From a virus (lineage: Duplodnaviria > Caudoviricetes), in the IMG/VR virus record IMGVR_UViG_3300027563_000029, positions 1 to 30,133 of that record: a stretch of 30,133 bases of DNA; one strand, written 5' to 3'. Position 1 is the stretch's first letter. Every line of letters starts with the position of its first letter. Both the position numbers and the translations under genes were made by a program. A model generated the notes under the pieces. That model was given only the letters and a program-made list of their open reading frames with translations, did not search any database and was not told where the DNA came from. Below are positions 9,661 through 19,646 of this stretch, piece by piece.

Positions 9661-10421
9661 AAATTGACGATTTTGCATACAATCTAATTCAGAAATCTAT
9701 GCTGGGATTAGAAGAAAAAACTAAATGTAATCATTCTGGCGCAGGATCTGCATGTGCAGTACATGGTGATGCTGATTGTAATTCATCAAAACAAAATCGC
9801 AAAGAAGAATTGATGTCTGACGAGTTGATTGGAACAACTTATGAGGCAGTATTAGAAACTGGAGAAACTATTATTCTTGAAAAAGAAAAAGGTCTTGATG
9901 GTAAAGCTTGTTGGAAAGGATACAAGCAAATGGGAACAAAGAAAAAAGGCAACAAGACAGTTGACAATTGTGTAAAGGCTGGATACGAACCAGATGGAGA
10001 TGTGATTGAAGAAAAGAAAGATATGCCTGGCAGTCAAGAGAAGATTGATGCCAACAAGAATGGCAAGGTAGATGCACACGACTTCGCATTACTTCGTGCC
10101 AAGAAAGGTAAGAAGACAGTTAAAGAAATGCGTGAGATTGCTGAAGGCAAGAAAGTTACGATTGAAATCATGCCGAATGTTGATACACCTAATGATCCAG
10201 ATCCTTCTGAAAAAAAATCAATTGCTGATCCTAAAAAAAAGTTGAAGAAAGAAGAAGTTGAATTAGAAGAAAAGAAACTCTCTGCTAAAGAAGCAGCGAA
10301 GAAAGAAAAAGTAGTTAAAGGAATGAAGAAAAAATTTGGTAGCATGAAATCAAAGTATGGTGATAAAGCATCATCTGTTATGTTTGGTGGCGCTACTAAT
10401 ATGGCAAAAGCAAAAGCATAA
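9657..10421 (+). CDS. Lys/Glu-rich late protein, possible internal head protein
   Basis: CWKGYKQMGTKKKG...NCVK module, EF-hand-like DANKNGKVDAHDF, repeated (L/I)EEK sites. Confidence 0.7.
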   Translation: MKIDDFAYNLIQKSMLGLEEKTKCNHSGAGSACAVHGDADCNSSKQNRKEELMSDELIGTTYEAVLETGETIILEKEKGLDGKACWKGYKQMGTKKKGNKTVDNCVKAGYEPDGDVIEEKKDMPGSQEKIDANKNGKVDAHDFALLRAKKGKKTVKEMREIAEGKKVTIEIMPNVDTPNDPDPSEKKSIADPKKKLKKEEVELEEKKLSAKEAAKKEKVVKGMKKKFGSMKSKYGDKASSVMFGGATNMAKAKA

Positions 10422-10442
10422 ATCTTGCGTCCTAATTTTTTT

Positions 10443-10450
10443 TATAAATA
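10443..10450 (+). promoter_or_regulatory. T4-type late promoter
   Basis: Intergenic TATAAATA upstream of the structural gene. Confidence 0.8.
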
Positions 10451-10488
10451 CTCTTTAGAACAAGAATATTTTATAGACGAGGAAACCG

Positions 10489-11577
10489 ATGGCAATTTTC
10501 GGAACGATTGACGCTAAGGCGTTGGCAAATAACGTGAGTGTTACCAATAACACCAAGACTGTGACCACTGCAGGAGATTTTACTGATAGAACATCCGCTA
10601 ATTTTATTCAAGCGGGAGACATTCTTTCACTATCATCAGTACAATATACTGTTGAATCTGTCGTGTCGGCAACTACGTTATCTTTAACTACTGCATATGC
10701 TGGATCAACTGGAACAGTTACTGCTGCTAATGCTATAAGAAGAACAGCTCCTAAAGAAGTTGCTAATCTTTTGATTAATGAAAACCAATTCCCTAGCGGA
10801 ACGCAATTTATCTTTGTTGATAATACTGAGGCAGAACTCAACGAAAATAAAATTCGTGGTCTCAAGTGGCCAGGTTGGTGGACATATAGAACATACACAG
10901 ATGGCGATGGCAATACTAGACACAAATCAGAATGTATTGCTTTTGCTAGACAAACTGCTGCTAATGCTGGCGATTTTGATAATGACAATCCTGCTGCTGA
11001 TGTAGCATCTGCTATCACTATCTCGGTACAACCCACTAATCAAACTACAATTGCTGGTAGAATATACCTTCATACAGCTACTAATGGTGGAACAACTCTT
11101 GCTGGTCAAGCAAATCAAACTTATACTCTAACTGGTCTTGCTGGTTCTGCTGCTGGTACTGGTGCGGGATTCACTATAGTCAGAAATTCTAGTGGGGCGC
11201 TCCTCTCTACTGCCAAGACTGCCAATGGCGCTGGATTTGTTGCTGGAGAAACAATCACTATTCTTGGTTCTCTAGTTGGTGGTGTGAATACAACTGATAA
11301 TATGGTAATTACTGTTGATTCTGTTCAATCTGCTGATGCTACCTTCTCGGTAACTGCTGCTGCTTCTACTGGTTCACTTGTTTATCAGTGGCAACTACAA
11401 ACCGCTGCTTCTACAACAAGGTGGACTAACATCAGTGGTGCTACCTCTGTTTCACTGGCACTTACTGGTTTAGCAGGTGGTGATAGTGGTAAGAAGTATA
11501 GAGTCAGGATTGGTGGATCTGTTGGTGGAGAAGAAGTAATCTCCAACAGCGCAACACTCACAGTTTCTGTTGCCTGA
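10489..11577 (+). CDS. Virion structural protein with C-terminal Ig-like domain
   Basis: Thr/Gly/Ala-rich; PGWWTYRTYTD...RHKSE motif; ISVQP...ATFSVTA...YQWQ...ISGATS...DSGKKYRV...SNSATLTV is an I-set Ig pattern. Confidence 0.8.
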   Translation: MAIFGTIDAKALANNVSVTNNTKTVTTAGDFTDRTSANFIQAGDILSLSSVQYTVESVVSATTLSLTTAYAGSTGTVTAANAIRRTAPKEVANLLINENQFPSGTQFIFVDNTEAELNENKIRGLKWPGWWTYRTYTDGDGNTRHKSECIAFARQTAANAGDFDNDNPAADVASAITISVQPTNQTTIAGRIYLHTATNGGTTLAGQANQTYTLTGLAGSAAGTGAGFTIVRNSSGALLSTAKTANGAGFVAGETITILGSLVGGVNTTDNMVITVDSVQSADATFSVTAAASTGSLVYQWQLQTAASTTRWTNISGATSVSLALTGLAGGDSGKKYRVRIGGSVGGEEVISNSATLTVSVA

Positions 11578-11583
11578 TGATAT

Positions 11584-11943
11584 ATGATATTCAATGAGTT
11601 GACACCAGACAACTGGTTGTTGTTTGCCATCAAAAACTACAACAACCCTTTGTCTGTAACATATAATGACTTTGAAGAGGACTTACAAAAATTTACGTAT
11701 ATTAAAAAATTACTTCGTCGTTATGATACCACAGGTGAATTGAAGCAACACCTAATTTTAAATCATATTATTACACTATATAATGTGTTCAATGACGCGG
11801 CAACGTTGCTTCTATTTTATAAAATAGAATCACAATACTGGCCAATTCTAAAAACATTTATGGTATTCCTTGATAGATTACCAGACAATGTAGATACAAC
11901 AGATGTAGATCAACAATGTTTGAAAACACTAAAACTACTATGA
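11584..11943 (+). CDS. Conserved T4-like phage hypothetical protein
   Basis: FNELT...FAIKNYNNP...FEEDL...LILNHII...YNVF. Confidence 0.85.
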   Translation: MIFNELTPDNWLLFAIKNYNNPLSVTYNDFEEDLQKFTYIKKLLRRYDTTGELKQHLILNHIITLYNVFNDAATLLLFYKIESQYWPILKTFMVFLDRLPDNVDTTDVDQQCLKTLKLL

Positions 11944-12692
11944 ATGAAATGATGGCAGGTGATGGATCTTCTTTAGCACTTCCTCCTGCCTTTGTCTTTG
12001 TTAATACAGCAAAGAAAAAGAAAAATCTGAAGAAGACCAAAGATGATAAAATTGATGGTCGCAAGAAAAGTGCTAAAAAATTAATCCAACGTGTAATGTC
12101 AAGGAGGAAACCCAAAATGTCAGAAGAAATGAACAAAGAAATTCTTGAGGCTGTTTCAGAAACTGAGAAAGCCCAGAAACAAATCAAAGCTTCTAAAGAG
12201 ATGAGAGGCAAGCGCGATCTTCAAGCAAAACGCACTCAAGCAAAAACGAAGATGGGCGACAAGCAAGACGAAATGAACGTTCTGCTTCGTGCTCGTATGT
12301 CAGACTTTAAAAAGAAGTCAGCAGAGAAGCAACAGAAAGCAGACAAGCAAGTTCAAAAGAACTCATACGACCCACAGGGTAATGTAATTTCGGAGATGGA
12401 TAATATGATTAGCATTCCTCGTGGTGGTTCTGCTGGTGGTGTAGACGTATTCACAACTGCTATGAAAGTAGCTGAAGAGGGAACATCATATGGAAGAGAT
12501 CCAGAAATCTCGTTTGCTAATCTTATCTTTCAAGACGGCACGGCTGGTCGCATCGGCGTCTTTGATGCAAAAAGAATCCTTGCTACGTATGAAGGATTAT
12601 CCCAAGAGAATAGAGACAAGTTCCGAGTGATGCTCAACATGAGCGCAACGACATATCAAAAGGCGCTTGACTTCTCTGTTCGTAACGTTTAA
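11940..12692 (+). CDS. Basic/coiled-coil hypothetical late protein
   Basis: ATG overlapping the upstream TGA; Lys-rich N-terminal half. Confidence 0.75.
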   Translation: MNEMMAGDGSSLALPPAFVFVNTAKKKKNLKKTKDDKIDGRKKSAKKLIQRVMSRRKPKMSEEMNKEILEAVSETEKAQKQIKASKEMRGKRDLQAKRTQAKTKMGDKQDEMNVLLRARMSDFKKKSAEKQQKADKQVQKNSYDPQGNVISEMDNMISIPRGGSAGGVDVFTTAMKVAEEGTSYGRDPEISFANLIFQDGTAGRIGVFDAKRILATYEGLSQENRDKFRVMLNMSATTYQKALDFSVRNV

Positions 12693-12704
12693 GAGAATAC
12701 TATC

Positions 12705-13082
12705 ATGGCGGAATTAACCGACGTTAATATACTACTCATAGAACGTATAGAACGTATAGTAGAAATACTGCAAGAGAACTCCATTAAGATGGGGCAACTA
12801 CTTGCAGTTCATAATGAAAAGTTAATGAAGCAAGATCACACTGATGGAGTGTTATTTGAAAAAATAGATAGTGTTCATAGGGAAGTAACCCGTAAGGCAG
12901 ACGAAATAAAAAAGGGTTGCGAAAAAGATATCATGTTAGTAGATACTCGTCTCCGCACAATGGAGAAAAAAATCTGGTCATTATTTGGCGCAATCGCTTT
13001 AGTCTCCTTCCTTGTCAGTGCCCCAGGTCAAAATATTCTAAGGAATATTATTACTCCTGCTCCCACCGCTCAAGTTAAATAA
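12705..13082 (+). CDS. Coiled-coil protein with C-terminal transmembrane helix
   Basis: MGQLLAVHNEKL...RLRTMEKKIWSLFGAIALVSFLV; usual gene upstream of primase. Confidence 0.8.
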   Translation: MAELTDVNILLIERIERIVEILQENSIKMGQLLAVHNEKLMKQDHTDGVLFEKIDSVHREVTRKADEIKKGCEKDIMLVDTRLRTMEKKIWSLFGAIALVSFLVSAPGQNILRNIITPAPTAQVK

Positions 13083-13086
13083 TTAG

Positions 13087-13115
13087 TTGACACCTGCCCA
13101 ATGACGTGGTATGAT
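13087..13115 (+). promoter_or_regulatory. sigma70-type early promoter
   Basis: TTGACA-17 nt-TATGAT upstream of primase. Confidence 0.75.
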
Positions 13116-13140
13116 GGTATGACCGACCACCCACCACAGA

Positions 13141-14127
13141 ATGACTTACATTGATACCAAATATATTGGTCTGGTCTCTACACAACTTCTCAAGTTCACT
13201 GAAAAAAAGAAAGGCACTTACAACTTCCGATGCCCCTACTGTGGTGACTCAGAGAAGAAGCAGAATAAAGCACGAGGCTATCTCTTTGGTATGAGGGATA
13301 GTTTTGTTTTCAAGTGTCATAACTGTGGAGTTACTCGTAACTTCTCTCAGTTTCTAAAGGATCAGAACATGAACCTTCATGACGAATATGTCATGGAACG
13401 TTATAAAGAAGGAATGACAGGTAAGAACTATCAAGTCAAAGCACCTGATTTCAAACAGTTCATTAGTAAACCAGTATTCAAACAAAATATTTTTAGTGAA
13501 CTCCCAACCATCACTTCACTAAATACTACACACCCAGCAAAACAATATCTGCTCGCACGAAAGATACCAGAGAAATACTTCTCAAACTTCTATTACGCAG
13601 ACAACTTTAATGCTTGGGAGAACAACAAAACTACGATTAAAGAAGCAAGAATTATACTACCGTTAATATCAGAAGATGGAAATGTATTTGGATATCAAGC
13701 AAGGTCTCTTGATAAGAATTCAAGCTTACGTTATATCACTACCATCTTGGATAAAGGATACCCTAAAGTATTTGGACTTGATCGTATAAACAAAAATGAA
13801 AATATCTACGTTACAGAGGGTCCGTTTGACTCTCTTTTCTTGTCTAATGGATTGGCAATGTGTGGCGCTGATGTTGTACTTGACAGGGTATCTTACCCTA
13901 CTCGTACATTTGTTTACGACAATGAACCAAGGAACAAACAAATCGTTCAACGATACGAAAGGTGTATTGATAAGGGAGAAAGTATTGTAATCTGGCCAGA
14001 TTCAATTAAAGAGAAAGACATCAACGATATGGTAATGACTGGTCAAAACGTTCAAAGTGTGGTAGAATGTAATACCTACACTGGGTTAGAAGCAAAAGTA
14101 AAACTTAACGATTGGAAGAAGATATGA
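13141..14127 (+). CDS. gp61: DNA primase (T4 gp61)
   Basis: Zn ribbon CPYCGDS...CHNC; TOPRIM VTEGPFDS, YDNEPRN, KDINDM. Confidence 0.96.
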   Translation: MTYIDTKYIGLVSTQLLKFTEKKKGTYNFRCPYCGDSEKKQNKARGYLFGMRDSFVFKCHNCGVTRNFSQFLKDQNMNLHDEYVMERYKEGMTGKNYQVKAPDFKQFISKPVFKQNIFSELPTITSLNTTHPAKQYLLARKIPEKYFSNFYYADNFNAWENNKTTIKEARIILPLISEDGNVFGYQARSLDKNSSLRYITTILDKGYPKVFGLDRINKNENIYVTEGPFDSLFLSNGLAMCGADVVLDRVSYPTRTFVYDNEPRNKQIVQRYERCIDKGESIVIWPDSIKEKDINDMVMTGQNVQSVVECNTYTGLEAKVKLNDWKKI

Positions 14128-16436
14128 GTAATGGTACAAAAGTTAAAAAGCGCAATGGATCTTTGGAATCTCTTGACTTAGATAAGATTCATAATATGGT
14201 TGAATGTGCCTGTGGTGGTCTCTCAGGTGTGTCTCCATCTCAAGTAGAGATACAATCTGGTATACAATTCTATGACGGTATTAGCACTGATGAAATCCAA
14301 GAAATTCTTGTTAGATCGGCTAGTGACCTTATTAATCTTGAGTATCCAAACTATCAGTATGTTGCTGCTCGTCTTCTTCTGTTCGGTTTATATAAGCAAG
14401 TCTTTGGAAATGATTGGAAGAACGGTTTTCCAACAATAGGCGAACATCTATATGCTGGCACTCGTATTGGTATCTATGATTTACATTTGACAGGTAAATA
14501 TACTGATGAAGAATGGGATAAAATTAACACTTGGGTTGACCATGACCGTGACTATCTCTTCACTTATGCTGGTCTTCGTCAGGTTGTAGATAAATACTTG
14601 GTGCAGGATAGAAGCAGTGGCAATCTTTTTGAGACACCACAATATGCTTACATGTTAGTTTCAGCAACCATCTTCGCAGAGTATCCTAAAGCAACCAGGC
14701 TCTCTTATGTTAAACGATACTACGACGCAATCAGCAAGCACAAAATCAACGTGCCAACCCCCATCCTCGCAGGAGTTAGAACGCCTCTTCGGCAATTCGC
14801 TAGTTGTGTTTTGGTTGATAGTGATGACACCCTCGATAGCATCTTTAGCAGCGATATGGCTATTGGCAAATATGTCTCTCAACGGGCTGGCATCGGTATC
14901 AACGCAGGCAGAATTCGTGCGATCAACAGTAAGATCCGAGGTGGAGAAGTTTCTCATACAGGGGTTATCCCATTCCTCAAAAAGTTTGAAGCAACTGTTA
15001 GATGCTGTACACAAAACGGGATTCGTGGTGGAAGTGCTACGGTCCACTTCCCGATCTGGCACAGTGAAATAGGAGACATCCTGGTATTAAAAAACAACAA
15101 AGGAACAGAGGATAACCGAGTTCGTAAGTTGGATTACAGTATTCAAATCTCTAAACTATTCTATGAGAGATTTATTCAAAATGCTTCAATTGCATTGTTC
15201 TCTCCTCACGATGTACCTGGACTTTATGATGCTTTTGGAACAGATCGTTTTGACGATCTCTATGTTTCGTATGAAGGAAATCAAAGATTTCCAAGGAAAA
15301 CTATCAATGCACAAGAACTATTTCTTTCTCTTCTAAAGGAGAGAGCAGAGACAGGTCGGATCTATATTATGAATATAGATCATTGTAACGAGCACTCTTC
15401 CTTTAAGGATAAGGTTTGGATGAGTAACCTCTGCCAAGAGATTACACTTCCAACTACACCACTAAAGCACATTGATGATCCTGATGGTGAGATTGCTTTG
15501 TGTATTCTCTCTGCTATCAACGTAGGAAAGATTAAGCATCTTGATGATCTTGAAGAGTTGTGTGACCTGGCTGTCAGGGCACTAGATGAGTTGATTGACT
15601 ATCAGGCGTATCCTGTTGTAGCAGCTAAAGTATCTACTGAAAATCGTAGGTCACTTGGCATTGGTTACATCGGTCTTGCTCATTGGTTAGCAAGACAGCA
15701 GGTGAAGTACTCTGATGAAGCTGCTGCTCATCTTGTGCATGGTTTGACTGAGGCATTTCAGTATTATCTACTGAAAGCATCTAATCAACTTGCTATGGAG
15801 AAAGGAGCATGTGGTTACTTTGATCGCACTAAGTATGCTGATGGCATTCTGCCTATTGACACCTACAAAAAAGATGTAGACCAAATCGTACCACACATTC
15901 TTAACTATGACTGGGAATCTCTTAGGGCGTCTATCTTTGCCAACGGTCTCAGGAACTCAACACTGTCCGCACAAATGCCTTCAGAGAGCAGTTCCGTTGT
16001 GTCAAATGAGACAAATGGAATTGAACCTCCTCGTGCCTTTCTGTCCGTTAAGAAGTCAAAGAGGGGAGTTCTTAAGCAAATTGTACCGCAGTATCAATCT
16101 CTTAAAAACTATTATACGCTTCTTTGGGATATGCCTGACAATACTGGTTATATCAATATTGTTGCTGTTATGCAGAAGTTCTTTGATCAGGCAATCTCGG
16201 GTAACTGGTCATATAATCCAGAGCATTATGCCGATAATGAAGTACCTGTGTCGGTAATGGCACAAGACCTTCTTACCACATATAAACTGGGGTGGAAAAC
16301 TTCTTACTATCAAAACACATATGATGCTAAAAAAGATGGTGATGAAGAAGACAACAAAAAAGAAATAGAAAATTTACTTAATTCAATCTTAGAAAACCAA
16401 GAGGAGGAAGACGACTGTGGCAGCTGTAAAATTTAA
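14124..16436 (+). CDS. nrdA: Class Ia ribonucleotide reductase alpha subunit
   Basis: ATP cone (VKKRNG), PTPILAG, SCVL, NLCQEI, C-terminal CxxC. Confidence 0.98.
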   Translation: MSNGTKVKKRNGSLESLDLDKIHNMVECACGGLSGVSPSQVEIQSGIQFYDGISTDEIQEILVRSASDLINLEYPNYQYVAARLLLFGLYKQVFGNDWKNGFPTIGEHLYAGTRIGIYDLHLTGKYTDEEWDKINTWVDHDRDYLFTYAGLRQVVDKYLVQDRSSGNLFETPQYAYMLVSATIFAEYPKATRLSYVKRYYDAISKHKINVPTPILAGVRTPLRQFASCVLVDSDDTLDSIFSSDMAIGKYVSQRAGIGINAGRIRAINSKIRGGEVSHTGVIPFLKKFEATVRCCTQNGIRGGSATVHFPIWHSEIGDILVLKNNKGTEDNRVRKLDYSIQISKLFYERFIQNASIALFSPHDVPGLYDAFGTDRFDDLYVSYEGNQRFPRKTINAQELFLSLLKERAETGRIYIMNIDHCNEHSSFKDKVWMSNLCQEITLPTTPLKHIDDPDGEIALCILSAINVGKIKHLDDLEELCDLAVRALDELIDYQAYPVVAAKVSTENRRSLGIGYIGLAHWLARQQVKYSDEAAAHLVHGLTEAFQYYLLKASNQLAMEKGACGYFDRTKYADGILPIDTYKKDVDQIVPHILNYDWESLRASIFANGLRNSTLSAQMPSESSSVVSNETNGIEPPRAFLSVKKSKRGVLKQIVPQYQSLKNYYTLLWDMPDNTGYINIVAVMQKFFDQAISGNWSYNPEHYADNEVPVSVMAQDLLTTYKLGWKTSYYQNTYDAKKDGDEEDNKKEIENLLNSILENQEEEDDCGSCKI

Positions 16437-17601
16437 ACTTACCGAAACTTCACCAACCAAAATTGATGGCATGACAGTTTTTAATCCAAATCATGTTGAC
16501 CTTAAAAAGCAACCAATGTTCTTTGGTGCTCCTTTGGGAGTGCAAAGATATGACACCTACAAGTATCCTATCTTTGATAAATTAACTCAACAACAACTTG
16601 GATACTTTTGGAGACCAGAAGAAATCTCTCTTTCTAAAGATAGAGGAGATTACATGACCCTTCGTCCAGAACAAAAACATATCTACACATCTAATTTGAA
16701 GTATCAGATTATGCTTGATTCTGTTCAAGGTCGTGCTCCTGGTATGGCATTCTCTCCCTACTGCTCACTACCTGAGTTAGAAGCATGTATGTCTATTTGG
16801 CAAACTATGGAGATGATACACAGTCGTTCGTATACATATATTATCAAGAATGTTTATTCAGACCCATCAGAAGTATTTGATACCATTCTTGATGATCAGA
16901 ATATTATGGAGAGGGCAAAGAGTGTTACTGAAGCATATGATGATTTCATTCGTGCTTCACAGGAGTACTCTTCAGGCAATCAATGGCAGCATCAACTTGA
17001 AGGTGTAAATGCTGCTCAAGAAACTCTTTATGAATTAAAGCGTAAGCTTTATCGCGCTGTGATTAATGTTAACATTTTGGAGGGGATTAGGTTTTATGTT
17101 TCGTTTGCATGTTCGTTCGCTTTTGGCGAGCTTAAAATCATGGAGGGATCCGCTAAAATCATCTCTCTCATCGCAAGAGATGAAAGTCAGCATCTTGTTC
17201 TTACACAAAACATTATCAAAAATTGGCTTAATGGAGATGACCCAGACATTCTCCAGATTGCTAAAGAAGAAGAAGCGTGGACCATAGAGCAGTTTAAGAA
17301 AACTGTTGACGAAGAAAAATCTTGGGCAAAATATCTATTTCAAAATGGCAGCATCATTGGATTGAATGATAAGTTACTCAACTCATACGTTGAGTATATT
17401 GCTAATCGTCGTATGAGAGCGATTGGTTTGAAGCCTGTGTTTGATACTCCTATGTCTAACAACCCACTACCTTGGACACAGCACTGGTTATCTTCTAAAG
17501 GTTTACAAGTTGCACCACAAGAAACAGAGGTAGAGAGTTATGTTATTGGCGGTATTAAGCAGGACGTTAAAGCGAATACTTTTTCTGGGTTCAAACTTTA
17601 A
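16417..17601 (+). CDS. nrdB: Ribonucleotide reductase beta subunit
   Basis: FWRPEE, EMIHSRSY, ILEGIRFYVSF, IARDESQH, APQETE; GTG start with GAGGAGG RBS. Confidence 0.97.
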   Translation: MAAVKFKLTETSPTKIDGMTVFNPNHVDLKKQPMFFGAPLGVQRYDTYKYPIFDKLTQQQLGYFWRPEEISLSKDRGDYMTLRPEQKHIYTSNLKYQIMLDSVQGRAPGMAFSPYCSLPELEACMSIWQTMEMIHSRSYTYIIKNVYSDPSEVFDTILDDQNIMERAKSVTEAYDDFIRASQEYSSGNQWQHQLEGVNAAQETLYELKRKLYRAVINVNILEGIRFYVSFACSFAFGELKIMEGSAKIISLIARDESQHLVLTQNIIKNWLNGDDPDILQIAKEEEAWTIEQFKKTVDEEKSWAKYLFQNGSIIGLNDKLLNSYVEYIANRRMRAIGLKPVFDTPMSNNPLPWTQHWLSSKGLQVAPQETEVESYVIGGIKQDVKANTFSGFKL

Positions 17602-17753
17602 TGGAAGAGTGGAAAGAACAAGCACTGAAATACGAAAAACTCTCGGAGCACAACAAACGAATTCTTCGGGAGGGACCAAAAGCTCTGTCGGAAGCGTGGT
17701 TTCTGGGAGCAATGAAACAAAAATACTACCAGACCCCTGGTTCAACTGAATAG
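17601..17753 (+). CDS. Small hypothetical protein (50 aa, missed by the ORF track)
   Basis: TAATG coupling to nrdB; MEEWKEQALKYEKLSEHNKRILREGPKALSEAWFLGAMKQKYYQTPGSTE. Confidence 0.75.
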   Translation: MEEWKEQALKYEKLSEHNKRILREGPKALSEAWFLGAMKQKYYQTPGSTE

Positions 17754-17782
17754 ATAAATACCCCTAGTGATAGGGGTTTTTT
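17754..17782 (+). terminator. Late promoter ATAAATA followed by a terminator hairpin
   Basis: ATAAATA, then ACCCCTA-GTGA-TAGGGGT-TTTTT. Confidence 0.7.
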
Positions 17783-17785
17783 ATT

Positions 17786-18124
17786 ATGAATCCAAGTTCA
17801 GCAAAGGCCAAAGGCCGCAGACTTCAACAGTGGGTAAGAGATAAACTTATTGAAATGCTTGACGTTCATCCAGAAGATATTGAAAGCAGATCTATGGGAG
17901 CGGGTGGCGAAGATCTTATTATGGCACGAGCAGCTAGATCAAAGTTTCCTCATAGTATTGAATGTAAGAATGTAGAAAAACTAAATATATGGGATGCTTA
18001 CGAGCAAGCATCTGCCAACTGTGGTGAATATGAACCTCTCGTCGTTATTAAAAAAAATGGCAAAACTCCTTTAGCAGTAGTAGATGCTGAGTATTTTATA
18101 ACTTTATTCGGAGACAAAAAATGA
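17786..18124 (+). CDS. Small PD-(D/E)xK nuclease (Holliday-junction-resolvase-like)
   Basis: SAKAKGRRLQ...GEDLI...SIECKN. Confidence 0.8.
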   Translation: MNPSSAKAKGRRLQQWVRDKLIEMLDVHPEDIESRSMGAGGEDLIMARAARSKFPHSIECKNVEKLNIWDAYEQASANCGEYEPLVVIKKNGKTPLAVVDAEYFITLFGDKK

Positions 18125-18792
18125 CGTTAGATCTTCATAACTTTTTTAAGTTTTATGATGAAAAGAATTCAAACCACGTAGCATCAATTCAATGGTTGGA
18201 AGATAATCTTCCTGCTAAATTTTTGGATGATGCCGAATCAGATTGGATTGGTATGTTTAGAACCAAACCACCAACACCATCAGTATTAGCAGTTCCATAT
18301 TTCAATCAAGTAGATAACTATAGAGATGCACAAAGAACTTGTAACAGTTCTTCTTGTGCTATGTGTCTGGCATTTCTAAAACCAGGAAGTATTCAAGGCG
18401 ATGACGAGTATGTTACGAAAGTTTTTGCTATCGGTGATACAACTGATCATGGAGTGCAGACACAAGTTCTTGCTGGTTATGGACTCAAATCGCATTTTAG
18501 TTATAATCTTTCTTTTTCTGACATTGATAAAAGTCTTGATGGAGGCAAACCTGTTGTTATTGGCATCCTACATCGGGGTTCTTTATCTAATCCTACGGGC
18601 GGCCACATGTGTGTAGTTATCGGACACACTCCAGATAAGAAAGGTTATTATGTAAATGATCCTTATGGTTCTTTGAATGATAACTATACTGGACCAGTAG
18701 AAAATGGTAAGAAGACCATTTATACAAAAGCAGTTCTCAAGCATCGTTGGTGTCCAGGAGGTAATGATGGATGGGGAAGGATCTTCGACTGA
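18121..18792 (+). CDS. C39-like cysteine peptidase (putative cell-wall endopeptidase)
   Basis: VPYFNQ...TCNSSSCAM (Cys), GGHMCVVIG (His), VNDPYG (Asp). Confidence 0.85.
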   Translation: MTLDLHNFFKFYDEKNSNHVASIQWLEDNLPAKFLDDAESDWIGMFRTKPPTPSVLAVPYFNQVDNYRDAQRTCNSSSCAMCLAFLKPGSIQGDDEYVTKVFAIGDTTDHGVQTQVLAGYGLKSHFSYNLSFSDIDKSLDGGKPVVIGILHRGSLSNPTGGHMCVVIGHTPDKKGYYVNDPYGSLNDNYTGPVENGKKTIYTKAVLKHRWCPGGNDGWGRIFD

Positions 18793-18916
18793 GTTCAAGA
18801 AGAAAATTCTTGAAGAAGTAAAAAAACTCACAAATCACGGGAAGCATAAAGAAGCTTCAGAACTATTCCAAATTTATTTTCCAGATATTACAGGAGGTCC
18901 AGATGGCAAGAATTGA
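18764..18916 (+). CDS. Small helical hypothetical protein (50 aa)
   Basis: AGGAGG RBS before ATG 18764; overlaps both neighbouring genes. Confidence 0.65.
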   Translation: MMDGEGSSTEFKKKILEEVKKLTNHGKHKEASELFQIYFPDITGGPDGKN

Positions 18917-19628
18917 TCTACATAACTTCTTTCAATTCTATGATGAAAGAAATCCAAACCACGTCAAATCAATACAGTGGTTAGAAGATAACCTACCAGT
19001 TAAGTATCTTGAAGATACTGCAGACTGGGCGGAGATTTACAGAGGAAAAAAGGCAAGTGCGGTAACTGTGGTTGCCGCTAAGGATGCTTCAGCAGAAACC
19101 ACAGTATGCTCAAAGTGTGGTAGGGGAGTTGCTCCTGCTCCTGCTCCTGTAGCATCTGGTGATGATATGACTATGACTGGCATCAAACTTATCAAAGAGT
19201 TTGAAGGTTGCCATTTAGAGGCATATCCAGATCCACTATCAGGTGGACTTCCAATCACTATTGGTTGGGGAACTACCCGTAAGAAGGATGGATCACCATT
19301 TAATATGGGTGATACTATTACTCAGAAAGAAGCAGATGAGTTATTGATTACTCAATGTAAGAACCAGTTTATTCCATCACTTCGTAAAATTCCATACTGG
19401 AATGAGATGTCTGATGGTAAGCGTGGAGCACTCTTATCATTTGCCTATAACTTAGGTGCTGGTTTCTATGGTTCTGGTGATTTCAATACGATTACAAAAC
19501 GACTGAAGAATAAAGAATGGAACTTAGTTCCTGATGCGCTTTATCTCTATCGCAATCCTGGTTCTAATGTGGAAGCAGGTCTTGCTCGCAGAAGAAAAGC
19601 AGAAGGTGAAGCTTGGAAAAAAAGTTAA
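18903..19628 (+). CDS. GH24 phage lysozyme (endolysin) with extra N-terminal domain
   Basis: LIKEFEG...AYPDP...TIGWG, ALLSFAYNLG, GLARRRKAE. Confidence 0.93.
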   Translation: MARIDLHNFFQFYDERNPNHVKSIQWLEDNLPVKYLEDTADWAEIYRGKKASAVTVVAAKDASAETTVCSKCGRGVAPAPAPVASGDDMTMTGIKLIKEFEGCHLEAYPDPLSGGLPITIGWGTTRKKDGSPFNMGDTITQKEADELLITQCKNQFIPSLRKIPYWNEMSDGKRGALLSFAYNLGAGFYGSGDFNTITKRLKNKEWNLVPDALYLYRNPGSNVEAGLARRRKAEGEAWKKS

Positions 19629-19646
19629 CCTATCAAGTAAAGTAAA

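Noticed and set aside
1006-17601. Introns or inteins in gp43, gp41, nrdA, nrdB
   Set aside because: ORFs are continuous and of normal length, with no splicing motifs
17540-17749. 69-aa ORF from the track
   Set aside because: Low-complexity alternative frame; 17601..17753 is coupled to nrdB and more protein-like
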